This document shows, one piece after another, positions 49,098-59,504 of a stretch of DNA of 64,000 nt (position 1 is its first letter; the number at the start of each line of letters is the position of its first letter). Under the pieces are notes generated by a model, which ran no database searches, had not been told where the DNA came from, and saw only the letters and a list, made by a program, of their open reading frames with translations. Both the position numbers and the translations under genes were made by a program. The stretch covers positions 422,370-486,369 of the forward strand of contig NZ_ATVD01000003.1 of assembly GCF_000420545.1 (NCBI RefSeq). The letters are read 5' to 3'. Source of the DNA: Arenimonas oryziterrae DSM 21050 = YC6267 (GTDB lineage Bacteria; Pseudomonadota; Gammaproteobacteria; Xanthomonadales; Xanthomonadaceae).

Positions 49098-49116
49098 GCT
49101 TCAGCCCCCGACCGTC

Positions 49117-49150
49117 GCAAACGCCGCCTCCGGGCGGCGTTTTTGTCTCT
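49117..49150 (+). terminator. rho-independent terminator
   Basis: aacgccgcctccgggcggcgtttttgtctc is a hairpin plus T-run, directly after the cytochrome gene. Confidence 0.75.
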
Positions 49151-49160
49151 GGAGTTCGTG

Positions 49161-50918
49161 ATGAAGTCTGTCCGCGCCTACACCCTTCCCTTGTTGCTGG
49201 CGCTGGCGCCGTTCGCGCAGGCCAGTCCGTCCACGGCACCAGTCGCGATCGGCGCGGTCCAGGGTAGTGGTGCGCAAAGCCCGATGCTCGGCCAGCCGGT
49301 GACCGTCGAAGGCGTGGTCGTTGGCGGTTTCGCCCAAGGCTTGGGCGGCATCTTCGTGCAGGACATGAAGGGCGATGGCGACGAGCGCACGTCCGACGGT
49401 CTGTTCGTCGCCTTGCCGGCGGACAGTGCCGCGCCGCGTACCGGCAGCCTCGTGCGTATTCGCGGCACTGTGACCGAACTGGGGCAGGGCAAGCAGACCT
49501 TGACCGCGCTGACCGACGCGCGCATCCAGATCCGCGCCGCTTCGGTGCGTTGGCAGGCGCAGGCGCTGGCCGCGCCGCCGGCGCATCGCGACGACTGGGA
49601 GCGCTTCGAAGGCATGGCCGTCGTCATCGCTGCACCGCTCACCGTCACCGGCAACGAACGTCTGCTTCGCTTCGGCGAAATCGATGCAAGCTTCGGCGGC
49701 CGCCTCTACCAAAGCACGGAAGTAGCCGCGCCCGGTCCGCTCGCGAAAACCCTGCGCGACGACAACGCACGGCGCCTGCTGATCATCGACGACGGCCGGA
49801 CCAGCGAAAATCCGCGCGACCTGTGGTTCCTGCCCTCGGGTCTGGACGATGCGCACGCCTTGCGCGCCGGCAGCATTCTGCGCGGCGCTACTGGCGTGAT
49901 CGACCAGCGTCCCGGCGATTATCGTCTGCAGTTGTCCGCGCCGCTCGACGCCATCGAATACAGCGCGCGTCCGGCCGCGCCAGAGGTGGCCGGTAATCTG
50001 CGCATCGCCAGCCTCAATGTCTTGAACCTGTTCAACGGCGATGGCAAGGGCGGTGGTTTTCCGACCGCGCGCGGTGCCGAGACCTTCGCGCAATATCAGA
50101 TGCAGCAGCGCAAACTCGTCGCGTCGGTGCAGGCGCTCAAACCCGATGTCGCGGCCCTGATGGAAATCGAGAACGACGGCACCGGCCCCGAGTCGGCGCT
50201 GGCGCAATTCGTCGCCGCGCTCAACGCCGCCGGACCGAGCACCGACTACCGCTTCGTTGACTCGGGCAAAGGTCCGGGCACAAATCCCATCCGCGTGGCG
50301 CTGATCTATCGCAGCTCGCGCGTCACGCCGGTCGGCAAGCCGGCCGTGCTCGAAGGCGGGCCGTTCGCCGAACGCTCGCGTGTACCGCTGGCCCAGGCCT
50401 TCCGAGCCGGTCGCGGCAAACCGTTCGTGATCGTCGCCAATCACCTCAAATCCAAGGGCTGCGGTCGCGATGCCGACGCCGCGACCGGCGCCGATGCCGA
50501 TCTGCACGATGGTCAGTCGTGCTGGAACGCGCTGCGTGTCGAATCGGCCCGTCGCGTGGACGCCTGGCTGCAGACGCACCCGACCGGCGTGCGTACCGAT
50601 TTGCAGCTGCTCGTCGGCGACTTCAACGCCTATGCGCAAGAAGATCCGATCCGGACGCTGGAGCGTGCCGGCTGGCAGGACGCGTTCGTGCTCGCGAAAA
50701 CCGTGCGACCGTACTCGTTCGTGTTCGACGGCAACTCGGGCCGTCTGGACCATGCGCTACTGAGCCCGGGACTTGCCACGCTTCTGCGTGGCGCGGCCGA
50801 GTGGCATAACAACGCCGACGAGAGCGACCGCTTCGACTATCACGACGATGTCGACGGCGATCCCTACCGTGCCTCGGATCACGATCCCTTCGTGCTGGGC
50901 TTCGATCTGTCGCGTTAA
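49161..50918 (+). CDS. ExeM/NucH-family extracellular endonuclease (EEP-fold)
   Basis: Signal peptide, an N-terminal OB-like region and a C-terminal endonuclease/exonuclease/phosphatase fold (LRIASLNVLN...GDFNAY...SDHDP). ATG with GGAG SD. Confidence 0.8.
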   Translation: MKSVRAYTLPLLLALAPFAQASPSTAPVAIGAVQGSGAQSPMLGQPVTVEGVVVGGFAQGLGGIFVQDMKGDGDERTSDGLFVALPADSAAPRTGSLVRIRGTVTELGQGKQTLTALTDARIQIRAASVRWQAQALAAPPAHRDDWERFEGMAVVIAAPLTVTGNERLLRFGEIDASFGGRLYQSTEVAAPGPLAKTLRDDNARRLLIIDDGRTSENPRDLWFLPSGLDDAHALRAGSILRGATGVIDQRPGDYRLQLSAPLDAIEYSARPAAPEVAGNLRIASLNVLNLFNGDGKGGGFPTARGAETFAQYQMQQRKLVASVQALKPDVAALMEIENDGTGPESALAQFVAALNAAGPSTDYRFVDSGKGPGTNPIRVALIYRSSRVTPVGKPAVLEGGPFAERSRVPLAQAFRAGRGKPFVIVANHLKSKGCGRDADAATGADADLHDGQSCWNALRVESARRVDAWLQTHPTGVRTDLQLLVGDFNAYAQEDPIRTLERAGWQDAFVLAKTVRPYSFVFDGNSGRLDHALLSPGLATLLRGAAEWHNNADESDRFDYHDDVDGDPYRASDHDPFVLGFDLSR

Positions 50919-50934
50919 TCGCTATGATCCGGCC

Positions 50935-51618
50935 ATGACCACGACCCCGCCTCCCGCTCCCGCCTTCCCTGACGTGCTCGGCACCGTGCTGCTGCACGGG
51001 CCGGCCGGTGCGCTGGAAGTCGCGGTCGACTATCCCGAGCCGGCGGATGCGCGCCGCGGCGTCGCGATCGTCTGCCATCCCAATCCGCCCGACGGCGGCA
51101 CGATGCACAACAAGGTCGTGACGATGACCGCGCGCGCGCTCAACGAGCTCGGCCTGGTCACGGTGCGTTTCAACTTCCGCGGGGTCGGGCAGTCGGAAGG
51201 CGAGTTCGACAATGGTCGCGGCGAAGTGCTCGACCTCATGGCGGTCGCCGACTGGGTGCGCAAGGCCCGGCCGGACGATGCGCTGTGGCTGGCGGGATTT
51301 TCCTTCGGCTCCTGGGTCGCGCTCATGGGCGCGCGGCAGTTGCCGGTGCAGCAGATGATTTCGATCGCGCCGCCGGTCGGCCTGCGTGATTTCGCCGGCG
51401 TGCTGCCGCCGACCTGTCCGTGGCTGGTTGTGCAGGGCGAAGCCGACGAGATCGTGTCGGCGCAGCAAGTTTTTGACTGGATGGCGCGCCAGCAACCGGC
51501 GCCGACGGTCGTGCGCATGCCCGAGACCGGGCACTTCTTCCACCGCCGCCTGCTCGATCTGCGCGGTGCGATCAAGAACGGCGTGCGCAAGAATCTTCCG
51601 CCGCCGCTGGCGTCGTAA
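50935..51618 (+). CDS. alpha/beta-fold hydrolase (small, YpfH/esterase-like)
   Basis: GFSFGS nucleophile elbow and a ~227-aa single domain. Internal ATG 50935, immediately after the nuclease stop. Confidence 0.65.
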   Translation: MTTTPPPAPAFPDVLGTVLLHGPAGALEVAVDYPEPADARRGVAIVCHPNPPDGGTMHNKVVTMTARALNELGLVTVRFNFRGVGQSEGEFDNGRGEVLDLMAVADWVRKARPDDALWLAGFSFGSWVALMGARQLPVQQMISIAPPVGLRDFAGVLPPTCPWLVVQGEADEIVSAQQVFDWMARQQPAPTVVRMPETGHFFHRRLLDLRGAIKNGVRKNLPPPLAS

Positions 51619-51654
51619 GGCGCCGGTGATTTCGGCGCCCTGCAAAAACTCTCG

Positions 51655-51780
51655 CGACTTCCTTCTCCCCGCTTGCGGGGAGAAGGTGGCCGCAAGCCGG
51701 ATGAGGGGAGCTTCTAGCTGCCGCAGCGACTGGACACGCCCCTCACCCTGGCCCTCTCCCCGGTGCGGAGAGGGAAATCG
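51655..51780. repeat. REP-A type palindromic repeats (ccttctccccgcttgcggggagaagg … ctcccctcaccctggccctctccccggtgcggagaggg)
   Basis: Two inverted-repeat units of the 'PSP-x-GRG'-coding REP type, also seen at 25877-26130 and 63296-63425. Confidence 0.7.
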
Positions 51781-52881
51781 ATGAGCATCGCGAACGAAAC
51801 CCCCTCGCAGCGTTATGCCGCTGGCATCGCCGCCGGCCACTGGACCGCCGATCCCGCGCAGCAGGCCGCGCTGGTCGAACTCGACCGCATCCACGACGCG
51901 TTGCTTGCGGCGCAACCGGACGGTGTGCTGGAAAAGCTCGCCGCGCGTTTTCGCGATCCGGTCGCGGTGCCGGGGCTGTATCTGTGGGGAGGTGTTGGCC
52001 GCGGCAAGACCTTTCTGACCGATTTGCTGTTCGATTCGTTGCCGGATTTCCCGCGACGTCGCTGGCATTTCCACCGTTTCATGGGCGAGGTGCACGCCCG
52101 CCTGCGCGCGCTGCCCGATACCGCCGACACGCTCGCGGTGGTCGCGAAGGATCTGGCCGAAGACATGCGCCTGCTCGTGCTCGACGAGTTTTTCGTCGGC
52201 GACATCGGCGACGCGATGATCCTCGGGCGCCTGCTCGACCAGCTCATCGCACGCGGCGTGACCCTGGTGACGACCTCCAACACCGTGCCCGGCGAGCTGT
52301 ACCGCGACGGCCTGCAGCGCACAAGTTTCCTGCCCGCGATCGCGCTGATCGAGGCGCATTGCGTCGTGCTCAAGCTCGAAAGCCAGCAGGACTACCGACT
52401 GCGCCATCTGCGCCACGCGGCGACGTATCACACGCCCGCCGATGCCGACAGCGAGGCCGCGCTCGCCGCGCAGTTCGAGCGCTTGGTCGCGCATTCGCCG
52501 CGCGAAGCCGGGCCCTTGCGCATCAACGACCGCGACATCCCGGTCAAGGCGCTCGCCGACGGCGTGGTCTGGTTCGAGTTCGCCGCGCTGTGCGACGGTC
52601 CGCGCTCGGCCGCCGACTACATCGAGATCGCGCGCGATTTCCATACCGTGTTCGTTTCGCACGTGCCGCGTTTCGACCGCGGCAATGAAGACCCCGCGCG
52701 TCGCTTTGTCTATTTCATCGACGAGATCTACGACCGCCATGTGAACCTGCTGCTGTCTGCCGCGGCCGATCCGCTCTCGCTGTACCAGGGCGAACGCGTG
52801 GAGCGCGAGTTCGAACGCACGTCCTCGCGCCTGATCGAAATGCAGAGCGCCGACTACCTCGCGCTGGAGCACCGGCCGTGA
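51781..52881 (+). CDS. zapE: cell division protein ZapE (AFG1-like ATPase)
   Basis: Walker A GGVGRGKTFL and Walker B LLVLDEF. ~367 aa. The N-terminus MSIANETPSQRYAAGIAAG is typical of the AFG1/ZapE family. Confidence 0.85.
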   Translation: MSIANETPSQRYAAGIAAGHWTADPAQQAALVELDRIHDALLAAQPDGVLEKLAARFRDPVAVPGLYLWGGVGRGKTFLTDLLFDSLPDFPRRRWHFHRFMGEVHARLRALPDTADTLAVVAKDLAEDMRLLVLDEFFVGDIGDAMILGRLLDQLIARGVTLVTTSNTVPGELYRDGLQRTSFLPAIALIEAHCVVLKLESQQDYRLRHLRHAATYHTPADADSEAALAAQFERLVAHSPREAGPLRINDRDIPVKALADGVVWFEFAALCDGPRSAADYIEIARDFHTVFVSHVPRFDRGNEDPARRFVYFIDEIYDRHVNLLLSAAADPLSLYQGERVEREFERTSSRLIEMQSADYLALEHRP

Positions 52882-54218
52882 AGCGGCTCGCCGCGCTCGC
52901 GCCCTGGGGGGCGGCGCTGTGCGGCATCGTGTTCACCTTGATGGTTTTTTCGCCCGGCTACCTGAGCTGGGATTCGGCCTATCAATGGTGGCAGGCGCGG
53001 CACGGCCAGTTCGACGGCACGCATCCGCCGCTGCTGGCGATGATCTGGCGCGCGGTCGAAGTTGTCTGGCCCGGACCGGGCGGGATGTTCGCGTTGCAGA
53101 TCGTGCTGATCTGGAGTGCGCTCGCCGCGTTTGCCGCGGCACTGCCGTGGCCGGCATGGGCGCGCATCGGCCTGGTGCTCGTGTTCGGATTCTGGCCGCC
53201 GCTGTTCGGCCTGTCGCTGCATGTGTGGAAGGATCTGTGGACCTTGCTCGCGTTCGCCTGGGCGCTGGTGTTCCTGACCCGCGAACTGCGTCGTCCTTCG
53301 CGCGCGCTGCGCCTGGGCGCGTGGTTCGCACTCGTCGCGGCCTGTGCCTTCCGCCACAACGCGATCACCGGCGCCTTGCCCTTGTTGTTGTGGCTCGCAT
53401 GGCGCGAAGGCCTGGCCTTCCATGGCGCCCGCGTGGGCCGGGGCTGGGTGCTGACCGTCGCCGGTGTGCTCACGGTCGCGGCCGTGTTTGCCGCCAAACT
53501 TCCGACCCTGGATGCGCGCGTGCGTCCGGTCGACAGCGTCTGGTCGGCCGTGACCCTGTGGGACGCTGCCGCCGTGTCGCTCGCGGAAAACCGTCTGCTC
53601 ATTCCCGCGCCGCTGCGCGCGCCGACGTTGACGCTGGCCGATGTACGCGCGCATTACACCGACTACAGCAATACGACCGTCTACGAATCGGGGCAGATCT
53701 TCCACAGCCTCGATGGGCCCTACACCGACGAACAGACCGCCGCGTTGCGCGATCTCGCCTGGCGTTTGCCCGTCGAGCATCCGCGCGCGTATTTCGCGCA
53801 TCGCCTGCGCCTGGCCGTGCTGCTGTTCGGCGGGGATCGCGCCGGCCTGCCCGATGACCAGGTGTTCTCGCCGGGCCGCACGGTTTATGAGGACAATCCC
53901 ACGCCGCCGCTCGTGCGTTCGCCGCTGCATGCGCGCGTGCTAGCGTCGCTTATGCGCCTGATCGACACGCCTTTATTCGCGGGTTGGATTTATTTGTGCC
54001 TCGCGGCGCTGGCGATGCTCGTCGGCTTCGCACGTCTGCACCGCGCGCCGGCTGCGGGTCTCGCCGCCGCGACGGCGGCGTCCTGTCTGGCTTATGCCCT
54101 GCCTTTGGCGCTGGTTTCTGGCAGCGCGGAATTCCGCTACCTCGCCTGGCCCCTGCTCGCGACGGGCATGGCCTGGGCGCTGCTGCTCCCGCGCAAGGAA
54201 AAGACACGCACGTTGTAG
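52878..54218 (+). CDS. hypothetical polytopic membrane protein
   Basis: GTG start overlaps the zapE stop (GTGA). Around 8 TM helices with Trp-rich loops, a ~200-aa loop domain and a C-terminal TM. No family assigned. Confidence 0.55.
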   Translation: MKRLAALAPWGAALCGIVFTLMVFSPGYLSWDSAYQWWQARHGQFDGTHPPLLAMIWRAVEVVWPGPGGMFALQIVLIWSALAAFAAALPWPAWARIGLVLVFGFWPPLFGLSLHVWKDLWTLLAFAWALVFLTRELRRPSRALRLGAWFALVAACAFRHNAITGALPLLLWLAWREGLAFHGARVGRGWVLTVAGVLTVAAVFAAKLPTLDARVRPVDSVWSAVTLWDAAAVSLAENRLLIPAPLRAPTLTLADVRAHYTDYSNTTVYESGQIFHSLDGPYTDEQTAALRDLAWRLPVEHPRAYFAHRLRLAVLLFGGDRAGLPDDQVFSPGRTVYEDNPTPPLVRSPLHARVLASLMRLIDTPLFAGWIYLCLAALAMLVGFARLHRAPAAGLAAATAASCLAYALPLALVSGSAEFRYLAWPLLATGMAWALLLPRKEKTRTL

Positions 54219-54279
54219 CGGCCAGCGTTCTTCCAATTCGCGAGCATGTAACATCGGCCCCGACCCCGAGGATTCCGCC

Positions 54280-55584
54280 ATGCGTCTTGCCCTGCTCGCT
54301 CCGTTCCTGCTCATCGCCGCCTTGCCCGCCTTGGCGGAACAAACGCCGGATCGTGCGGCCGTCCTGTCGCAGGCCGTGAACGCGAAAGTCATCGCCTGGC
54401 GCCATGACTTCCACCAGAACCCTGAGCTCGGCAACCGCGAATTCCGCACCTCGAAACTCGTCGCCGAACACCTGCGCTCGCTCGGCCTCGAGGTGCGCAC
54501 CGGTGTCGCGCATACCGGCGTCGTCGCGATTCTCAAAGGCGGCAAGCCCGGTCCGCGCATCGCCCTGCGCGCCGACATGGACGCGTTGCCGGTGACCGAA
54601 CAGACCGGCCTGCCGTTCGCCTCCAAGGCCACCAGCACCTATCGCGGCGAAACCGTCGGCGTCATGCATGCCTGCGGTCACGATGCGCATACCGCGATGC
54701 TCATGGGCGTCGCCGAAGCCCTCGTCTCGATGAAGGCGGATCTGCCCGGCGAAGTCATGTTCATTTTCCAGCCCGCTGAGGAAGGTGCGCCCGATGCCGA
54801 AACCGGCGGCGCGCCGCAAATGCTCGCCGAAGGCCTGTTCCGCGATTTCAAACCCGAGGCGGTGTTCGGCCTGCACGTGATGAGTTCGCTCAACGCCGGC
54901 CAGATTGGCATTCGTCCGGGACCGACGATGGCCGCATCCGATCGTTTCCGCATCGTCGTCAAAGGCCGGCAAACGCACGGTTCGCGTCCGTGGAATGGCG
55001 TCGACCCGATCGTGACCGCCGCCGATCTCATCGGCAGCGCGCAGACCATCGTCAGCCGGCGCACCGACATTTCACGCCTGCCGGTCGTCGTGACCTTCGG
55101 GGCGATCAAGGGCGGTATCCGCTATAACATCATTCCCGACGAGGTCGAACTCATCGGCACCATCCGCACCTTCGACGAAGGCATGCGTCAGCGTACCTTC
55201 GCCGATCTGAAAAACGTGTCCGAACACATCGCCGCCGCGAACGGTGCGACCGTGCTCACGCAGATTCCCGACCAGCTCGGCAACCCGGTGCTCGTGAACA
55301 ATCCCGGGCTCACCGCGCGCATGCGTCCGAGCCTGGAGCGCGCAGCGGGCGCAGACCATGTCATCGACGTGCCGCTGACGATGGGTGCCGAAGATTTTGC
55401 GTACTACGCCAAGGAAGTCCCGGCGATGTTCTTTTTCGTCGGCGCGACGCCGGCCGGCCAGGATGCGAGCCAGGCGGCCTCGAACCATTCGCCGAAATTC
55501 TTCCTCGACGAATCGGCGATGGGCCTGGGCACGCGCGCGATGCTGCAGGTGAGCCTGGACTATCTGAGCGCGCCGCGACCGTAA
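54280..55584 (+). CDS. M20-family amidohydrolase (aminoacylase/hippuricase-like), periplasmic
   Basis: Signal peptide and metal ligands (HACGHDAH...EEG). 434 aa. ATG with GAGGA SD. Confidence 0.85.
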   Translation: MRLALLAPFLLIAALPALAEQTPDRAAVLSQAVNAKVIAWRHDFHQNPELGNREFRTSKLVAEHLRSLGLEVRTGVAHTGVVAILKGGKPGPRIALRADMDALPVTEQTGLPFASKATSTYRGETVGVMHACGHDAHTAMLMGVAEALVSMKADLPGEVMFIFQPAEEGAPDAETGGAPQMLAEGLFRDFKPEAVFGLHVMSSLNAGQIGIRPGPTMAASDRFRIVVKGRQTHGSRPWNGVDPIVTAADLIGSAQTIVSRRTDISRLPVVVTFGAIKGGIRYNIIPDEVELIGTIRTFDEGMRQRTFADLKNVSEHIAAANGATVLTQIPDQLGNPVLVNNPGLTARMRPSLERAAGADHVIDVPLTMGAEDFAYYAKEVPAMFFFVGATPAGQDASQAASNHSPKFFLDESAMGLGTRAMLQVSLDYLSAPRP

Positions 55585-55602
55585 GTCAGCGCCGGCACGA
55601 TC

Positions 55603-57690
55603 TCAGACCGACAATCCGGTATCACCTTCGACGACGGTCTGGCGCATCTGCGGCGGTTCGCCCGGCCGCCACAGCGGCACTTCGTGGCGAACGCGATACC
55701 GCAGTGGGCCGCCGTCCGGCGTGGCACTGCGCGTGATCGGCCGCGGGATGCAGACGAACTCGGTGACCATCGTGTTGGCGTCAACGCGCACCGTCGCGTA
55801 GCCGTGGCCGCCGTTGTCGACGAAGGTCAGGTGCGGGGCCAGCTCGGGATTGCGCACCGCGAGCGCCTTCTGTAGATCCTTGCTGCTGGCGTACTCCAGC
55901 GCCGAGCGCACGCCGTGGCGCAGCGTCAGGTTCTCGGTGCATTGGGGCTTTCCGTCTTTGTCCTCGGCGATGTACAAGCCGCGCGTCGGATTGTTTTCCT
56001 TCTTCTGGTTGTACTCGTTGGCCTCGGCGCTGCCGACGGAAATCATCGACCCCCCCACGAAGCTGACGCCCACCGGCTCGAAGGCGGCGGGCGGCAAGGC
56101 CTTGGCCGCGTAGCCCGCCCAGAAGCTGTGGCGGTCGCCGGCGACGATCGCGAATCCGGTGATGCCGGCATCGCGCACGGTGTCGTAGATCTCCGCGCGC
56201 TCGGAGAACATGCTGCCCCAGTCGTACACGGACATGAGGCCGTAGCCCTTGCCCTTCCACATGCCGATTCCGGGCGGCAGGTTCTGCGGGTCGACGCGCG
56301 TTTCCAGCGTGCCCAGTGAGTTGCCCCAGACCTTCCAGGTGGCCTGCGCATTGCGCAGCTTGTCGAGGAACCAGGCCTTCTGCTTGGCACCGAGCATCGT
56401 CTGCGGCGCCGCCTTGGCCACGTAGTTGTCCACGCTCTTGTCGCCGATGCTGAGCTTCGCGGGTGGATTGCCACCGTTGTACTCGCGACCGCCGTCGAGC
56501 TGCGCCCACAGTTCCTCGGGCACGAAGCCCAGCGTGTCGCCCTCGAACAGCGGATTGATCTCGTCGTGGTTGCCAGGATCGCGCGAGCGGAAGCTGCGGT
56601 TGTCGGTGAGCAGCAAGTCGATGTGCCGGCCCCAGCGCAAGGCGCGATAGATGATCAGGCTGTTGATGGCGGCGAGGTTGTTGGGCTCGGTGCCCAGGCC
56701 CGTGTCGTCGAAGTCAGTGACTTTCAACGGCACGTCCTGGACGGTCGGCGCGCTGAAGGTGTCGAGCTTGGAGCCCGGGGGCAACACGCGCGCCGGCTGG
56801 AATTCGAACCAGGCCTGGTTACCCGCGACCTTCAGCGTCTGCGCGGGCACCCAGCCCTCGGTGCCGGCGAATTCCTGGATGGACTGCCAGCCGTTCCAGG
56901 AGATCTCGTGGTTGTCCCAGATGCACACGAACGGCCAACGCGCGCGCGCATCCTGCAGATCCGGATCCTGCAGGTAAGCCTTGTAGGCGACGCGATAATC
57001 CTCCAGCGAGTCCGGCACCCAGAAGCGGTTCTTGGCGACGGTCTTGCCCTTCGGGTACTTGATCGGGAAAGTGAGCTGGCGGTCGTAGCGGCCGTTCTTG
57101 ACCTGGTCGGGGTACTGCACCACTTCGTAGATGAAGTCGCCCAGGTGCAGCACGAAGCCGAGGCGCTCCTCGGGTTGGGCTTTTTCGTCCTCGTAGATCA
57201 TCCGCCGATAGCCGTTGCCGTAGCCTTCGGGGAGGCACTGGCAGCTGACGAAGGCGAACTTCGTCGGGCGGTTGTCGTCGGGGCTGGGCGCGGTGAGCGT
57301 GCGTCCGATGCGGCTGCCGTTGCCTTCCTCGTCCACGAAGCGGTACCAGTATTCGCCGGCCGGCGGCAGGTGGCCGACCAGCACGCGGCACGTCCAGTCG
57401 GACTCGGCTTGCACCTTCGCTGCCGTGGTCGCTATCACCTGCGTGAACGCCGGATCGTCGGCAATTTCGACCAACAGCGTGGCGCTCGCGCGCCCGTCCG
57501 CATACGGGCGTCGCGTCCAGAGCAGGACGCTGTTGTCGTCGGGATCGCCCGAGGCGACGCCCTGCGGATACAGGTCGCGACGCTCGCGCCAGCCGCTCTT
57601 CGATCGGCGCCCGGACGCGGAGCCCCAGGCCAGGGTCGCGCCCAGCGCGGCGGCGAGTTTCAGGAAATGGCGGCGATCGATGGTCGGCAT
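55603..57690 (-). CDS. phoD: alkaline phosphatase D
   Basis: Tat signal (DRRHFLKLAAALGA) and a PhoD-type metallophosphatase body (695 aa). Strong GGAGGA SD. Confidence 0.85.
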   Translation of the reverse strand: MPTIDRRHFLKLAAALGATLAWGSASGRRSKSGWRERRDLYPQGVASGDPDDNSVLLWTRRPYADGRASATLLVEIADDPAFTQVIATTAAKVQAESDWTCRVLVGHLPPAGEYWYRFVDEEGNGSRIGRTLTAPSPDDNRPTKFAFVSCQCLPEGYGNGYRRMIYEDEKAQPEERLGFVLHLGDFIYEVVQYPDQVKNGRYDRQLTFPIKYPKGKTVAKNRFWVPDSLEDYRVAYKAYLQDPDLQDARARWPFVCIWDNHEISWNGWQSIQEFAGTEGWVPAQTLKVAGNQAWFEFQPARVLPPGSKLDTFSAPTVQDVPLKVTDFDDTGLGTEPNNLAAINSLIIYRALRWGRHIDLLLTDNRSFRSRDPGNHDEINPLFEGDTLGFVPEELWAQLDGGREYNGGNPPAKLSIGDKSVDNYVAKAAPQTMLGAKQKAWFLDKLRNAQATWKVWGNSLGTLETRVDPQNLPPGIGMWKGKGYGLMSVYDWGSMFSERAEIYDTVRDAGITGFAIVAGDRHSFWAGYAAKALPPAAFEPVGVSFVGGSMISVGSAEANEYNQKKENNPTRGLYIAEDKDGKPQCTENLTLRHGVRSALEYASSKDLQKALAVRNPELAPHLTFVDNGGHGYATVRVDANTMVTEFVCIPRPITRSATPDGGPLRYRVRHEVPLWRPGEPPQMRQTVVEGDTGLSV

Positions 57691-57795
57691 GTCGTCTCCT
57701 CCGCGCCAGCGGATCGCGATGATCGCTGCGTGGCCACGCTAGACCCGATCACGTCACCGGGAGCGTGCCGGAAGTAACGCGGGAGGAGAGCGCGA

Positions 57796-59391
57796 CTATT
57801 CGTCGGGAGGCGTCTTCGCAGGCGCTGCGTCCACTCGGGTGAAGGTGTCGTCGCTCCAGCGCAGCGACCCGACATCGTCGGCATAGCGAAAGACCTCGGG
57901 CGCATCCAGGGCAGACTCGCTGATGCCGAACAGACCGGCGCTGGCCGGCGTCAAGCTCAGGCGCATCGCACCCAGTCGGGCTTCCAAGCCCGCAGCGCCC
58001 TGCAGGACAACGAGCGTGCCGAGACGATCGCTATGAAATGTTCCAACGTAGCGTTTCGTCTCCCTGCGGGACGGCGACCACGTCCAGCCACCCCACGCAT
58101 CCTCGCTGCGGGCCTTTTGCACGGCCTCCCGTCGGCCGGCAACGAGACGTTCCAGGCGGCCGGGATAGTCGGCGACCGCCTTGCGCAGACGTTCGGTCTC
58201 GCTGCCTTGTCCCGTGGCCGTGCCAATGAAGGCCTTGATCAGTTCAAGCCCCAGGCCTTCGATGGCGCTATCGCTGTTGACCACCAGCGAAAAGCCCGAC
58301 TCCGTCGCCGGCAGCAGGACAGTGAAAGACACCACACCCCGATAGCTGCCCGGATGCATGAGCACGGGCTGGTGCTTGTACGCGCATGAATACCAGCCGA
58401 GGCTGTAGCCGTCGCAGACGAACTCGCCGTCCGACAGGTTCGCCTTTGCCAGTGGGCGTTGCGCAAGCTCGAAGCTTTGTGCCGAAGGCAGGCCCGTGGG
58501 CGAGCGCCGACGCAGGTTGACTCGCATCCAAGCCGCCATGTCATTTGAAGATGCCAGCAAACCACCGGCCGCGTGCATGAGTTCGTCCGGCTTGGGCGGA
58601 TACGCGATCCACGCTTGGCCATCCCAGCGGTGATTCCATGTCAGCCGGTGCGCGGGCACGGCCGAGGAATGGCTGTAGACCTCGTCGAGCCGCAAGGGCT
58701 GCAGCACTTCCTGTTGCAGCCACGCCTGCCACGGTCGGCCAGTCCGGGTCTCCAGCGCGGCGCCGTAGATCAGATCGCCAAGGTTGGAGTACCGAAAGCC
58801 CGCGCTGCGTCCTTCGGTATAGCGCGCGAGCAAGTCAGGATAGTCGGCGGCGGGCACGGCGCGCACGTACGCGGTCAGAAAATTAAGCGTGTCTGTCCGC
58901 AAGGATTCCTGGTGCGACAGCAAGTCCACCATCGTGATCCTGGTCGGATCCGCAGGCGCGGGCAGGATGAGTTGCGGCCAGATCTGCGCCAGCGTCGTAT
59001 CGAGCGGCAGCACGCCGCTTTCATCGAGGCGGGCAGCGAGCAGCGCGACAAAAGATTTCGTCTGCGAGGCGATATAGAACTGCGAGGTGCGATCGACCCG
59101 GTCCGGCTGGCCCGCGTGGGCCAGTCCGTGGACGAACATCAGGGGTGTGTCGTCACCCTGCACGATCACCGCCGATACGGCGGGGAAAGACCCGGGGATC
59201 TTTTGTATGTCACTTAGCGCCACGCGGATTTCGTTGGCCGCGGTCTGCACCTGTTGCCTGGCGAGATCGCGTGCGCTTGCACCGGGTTCATCCGCGGCCG
59301 CCGCTGACGTCATGGCCGCTGCCAGCACGGTTCCACCGAGGCAATTCCGAACAGCGAACAGCCAAAACCTCCGAGAAATTCCTGTCCCCAT
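57796..59391 (-). CDS. beta-lactamase-fold serine hydrolase (secreted, with C-terminal extra domain)
   Basis: SxxK motif (ASQTKSF), a YSN-like motif (YSNLGD) and a signal peptide from internal ATG 59391. The C-terminal ~130 aa are of unknown function. Confidence 0.7.
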   Translation of the reverse strand: MGTGISRRFWLFAVRNCLGGTVLAAAMTSAAAADEPGASARDLARQQVQTAANEIRVALSDIQKIPGSFPAVSAVIVQGDDTPLMFVHGLAHAGQPDRVDRTSQFYIASQTKSFVALLAARLDESGVLPLDTTLAQIWPQLILPAPADPTRITMVDLLSHQESLRTDTLNFLTAYVRAVPAADYPDLLARYTEGRSAGFRYSNLGDLIYGAALETRTGRPWQAWLQQEVLQPLRLDEVYSHSSAVPAHRLTWNHRWDGQAWIAYPPKPDELMHAAGGLLASSNDMAAWMRVNLRRRSPTGLPSAQSFELAQRPLAKANLSDGEFVCDGYSLGWYSCAYKHQPVLMHPGSYRGVVSFTVLLPATESGFSLVVNSDSAIEGLGLELIKAFIGTATGQGSETERLRKAVADYPGRLERLVAGRREAVQKARSEDAWGGWTWSPSRRETKRYVGTFHSDRLGTLVVLQGAAGLEARLGAMRLSLTPASAGLFGISESALDAPEVFRYADDVGSLRWSDDTFTRVDAAPAKTPPDE

Positions 59392-59504
59392 GTCGATGCT
59401 CCCTGCGCATTGGTGAGGCTTCATGCGGCGCGTGAAGACAGTCACAGGGTTTTGGATACCGCGATGGTCGTCGCGGTTGCACGTCCACATGACACACTGC
59501 CGGC

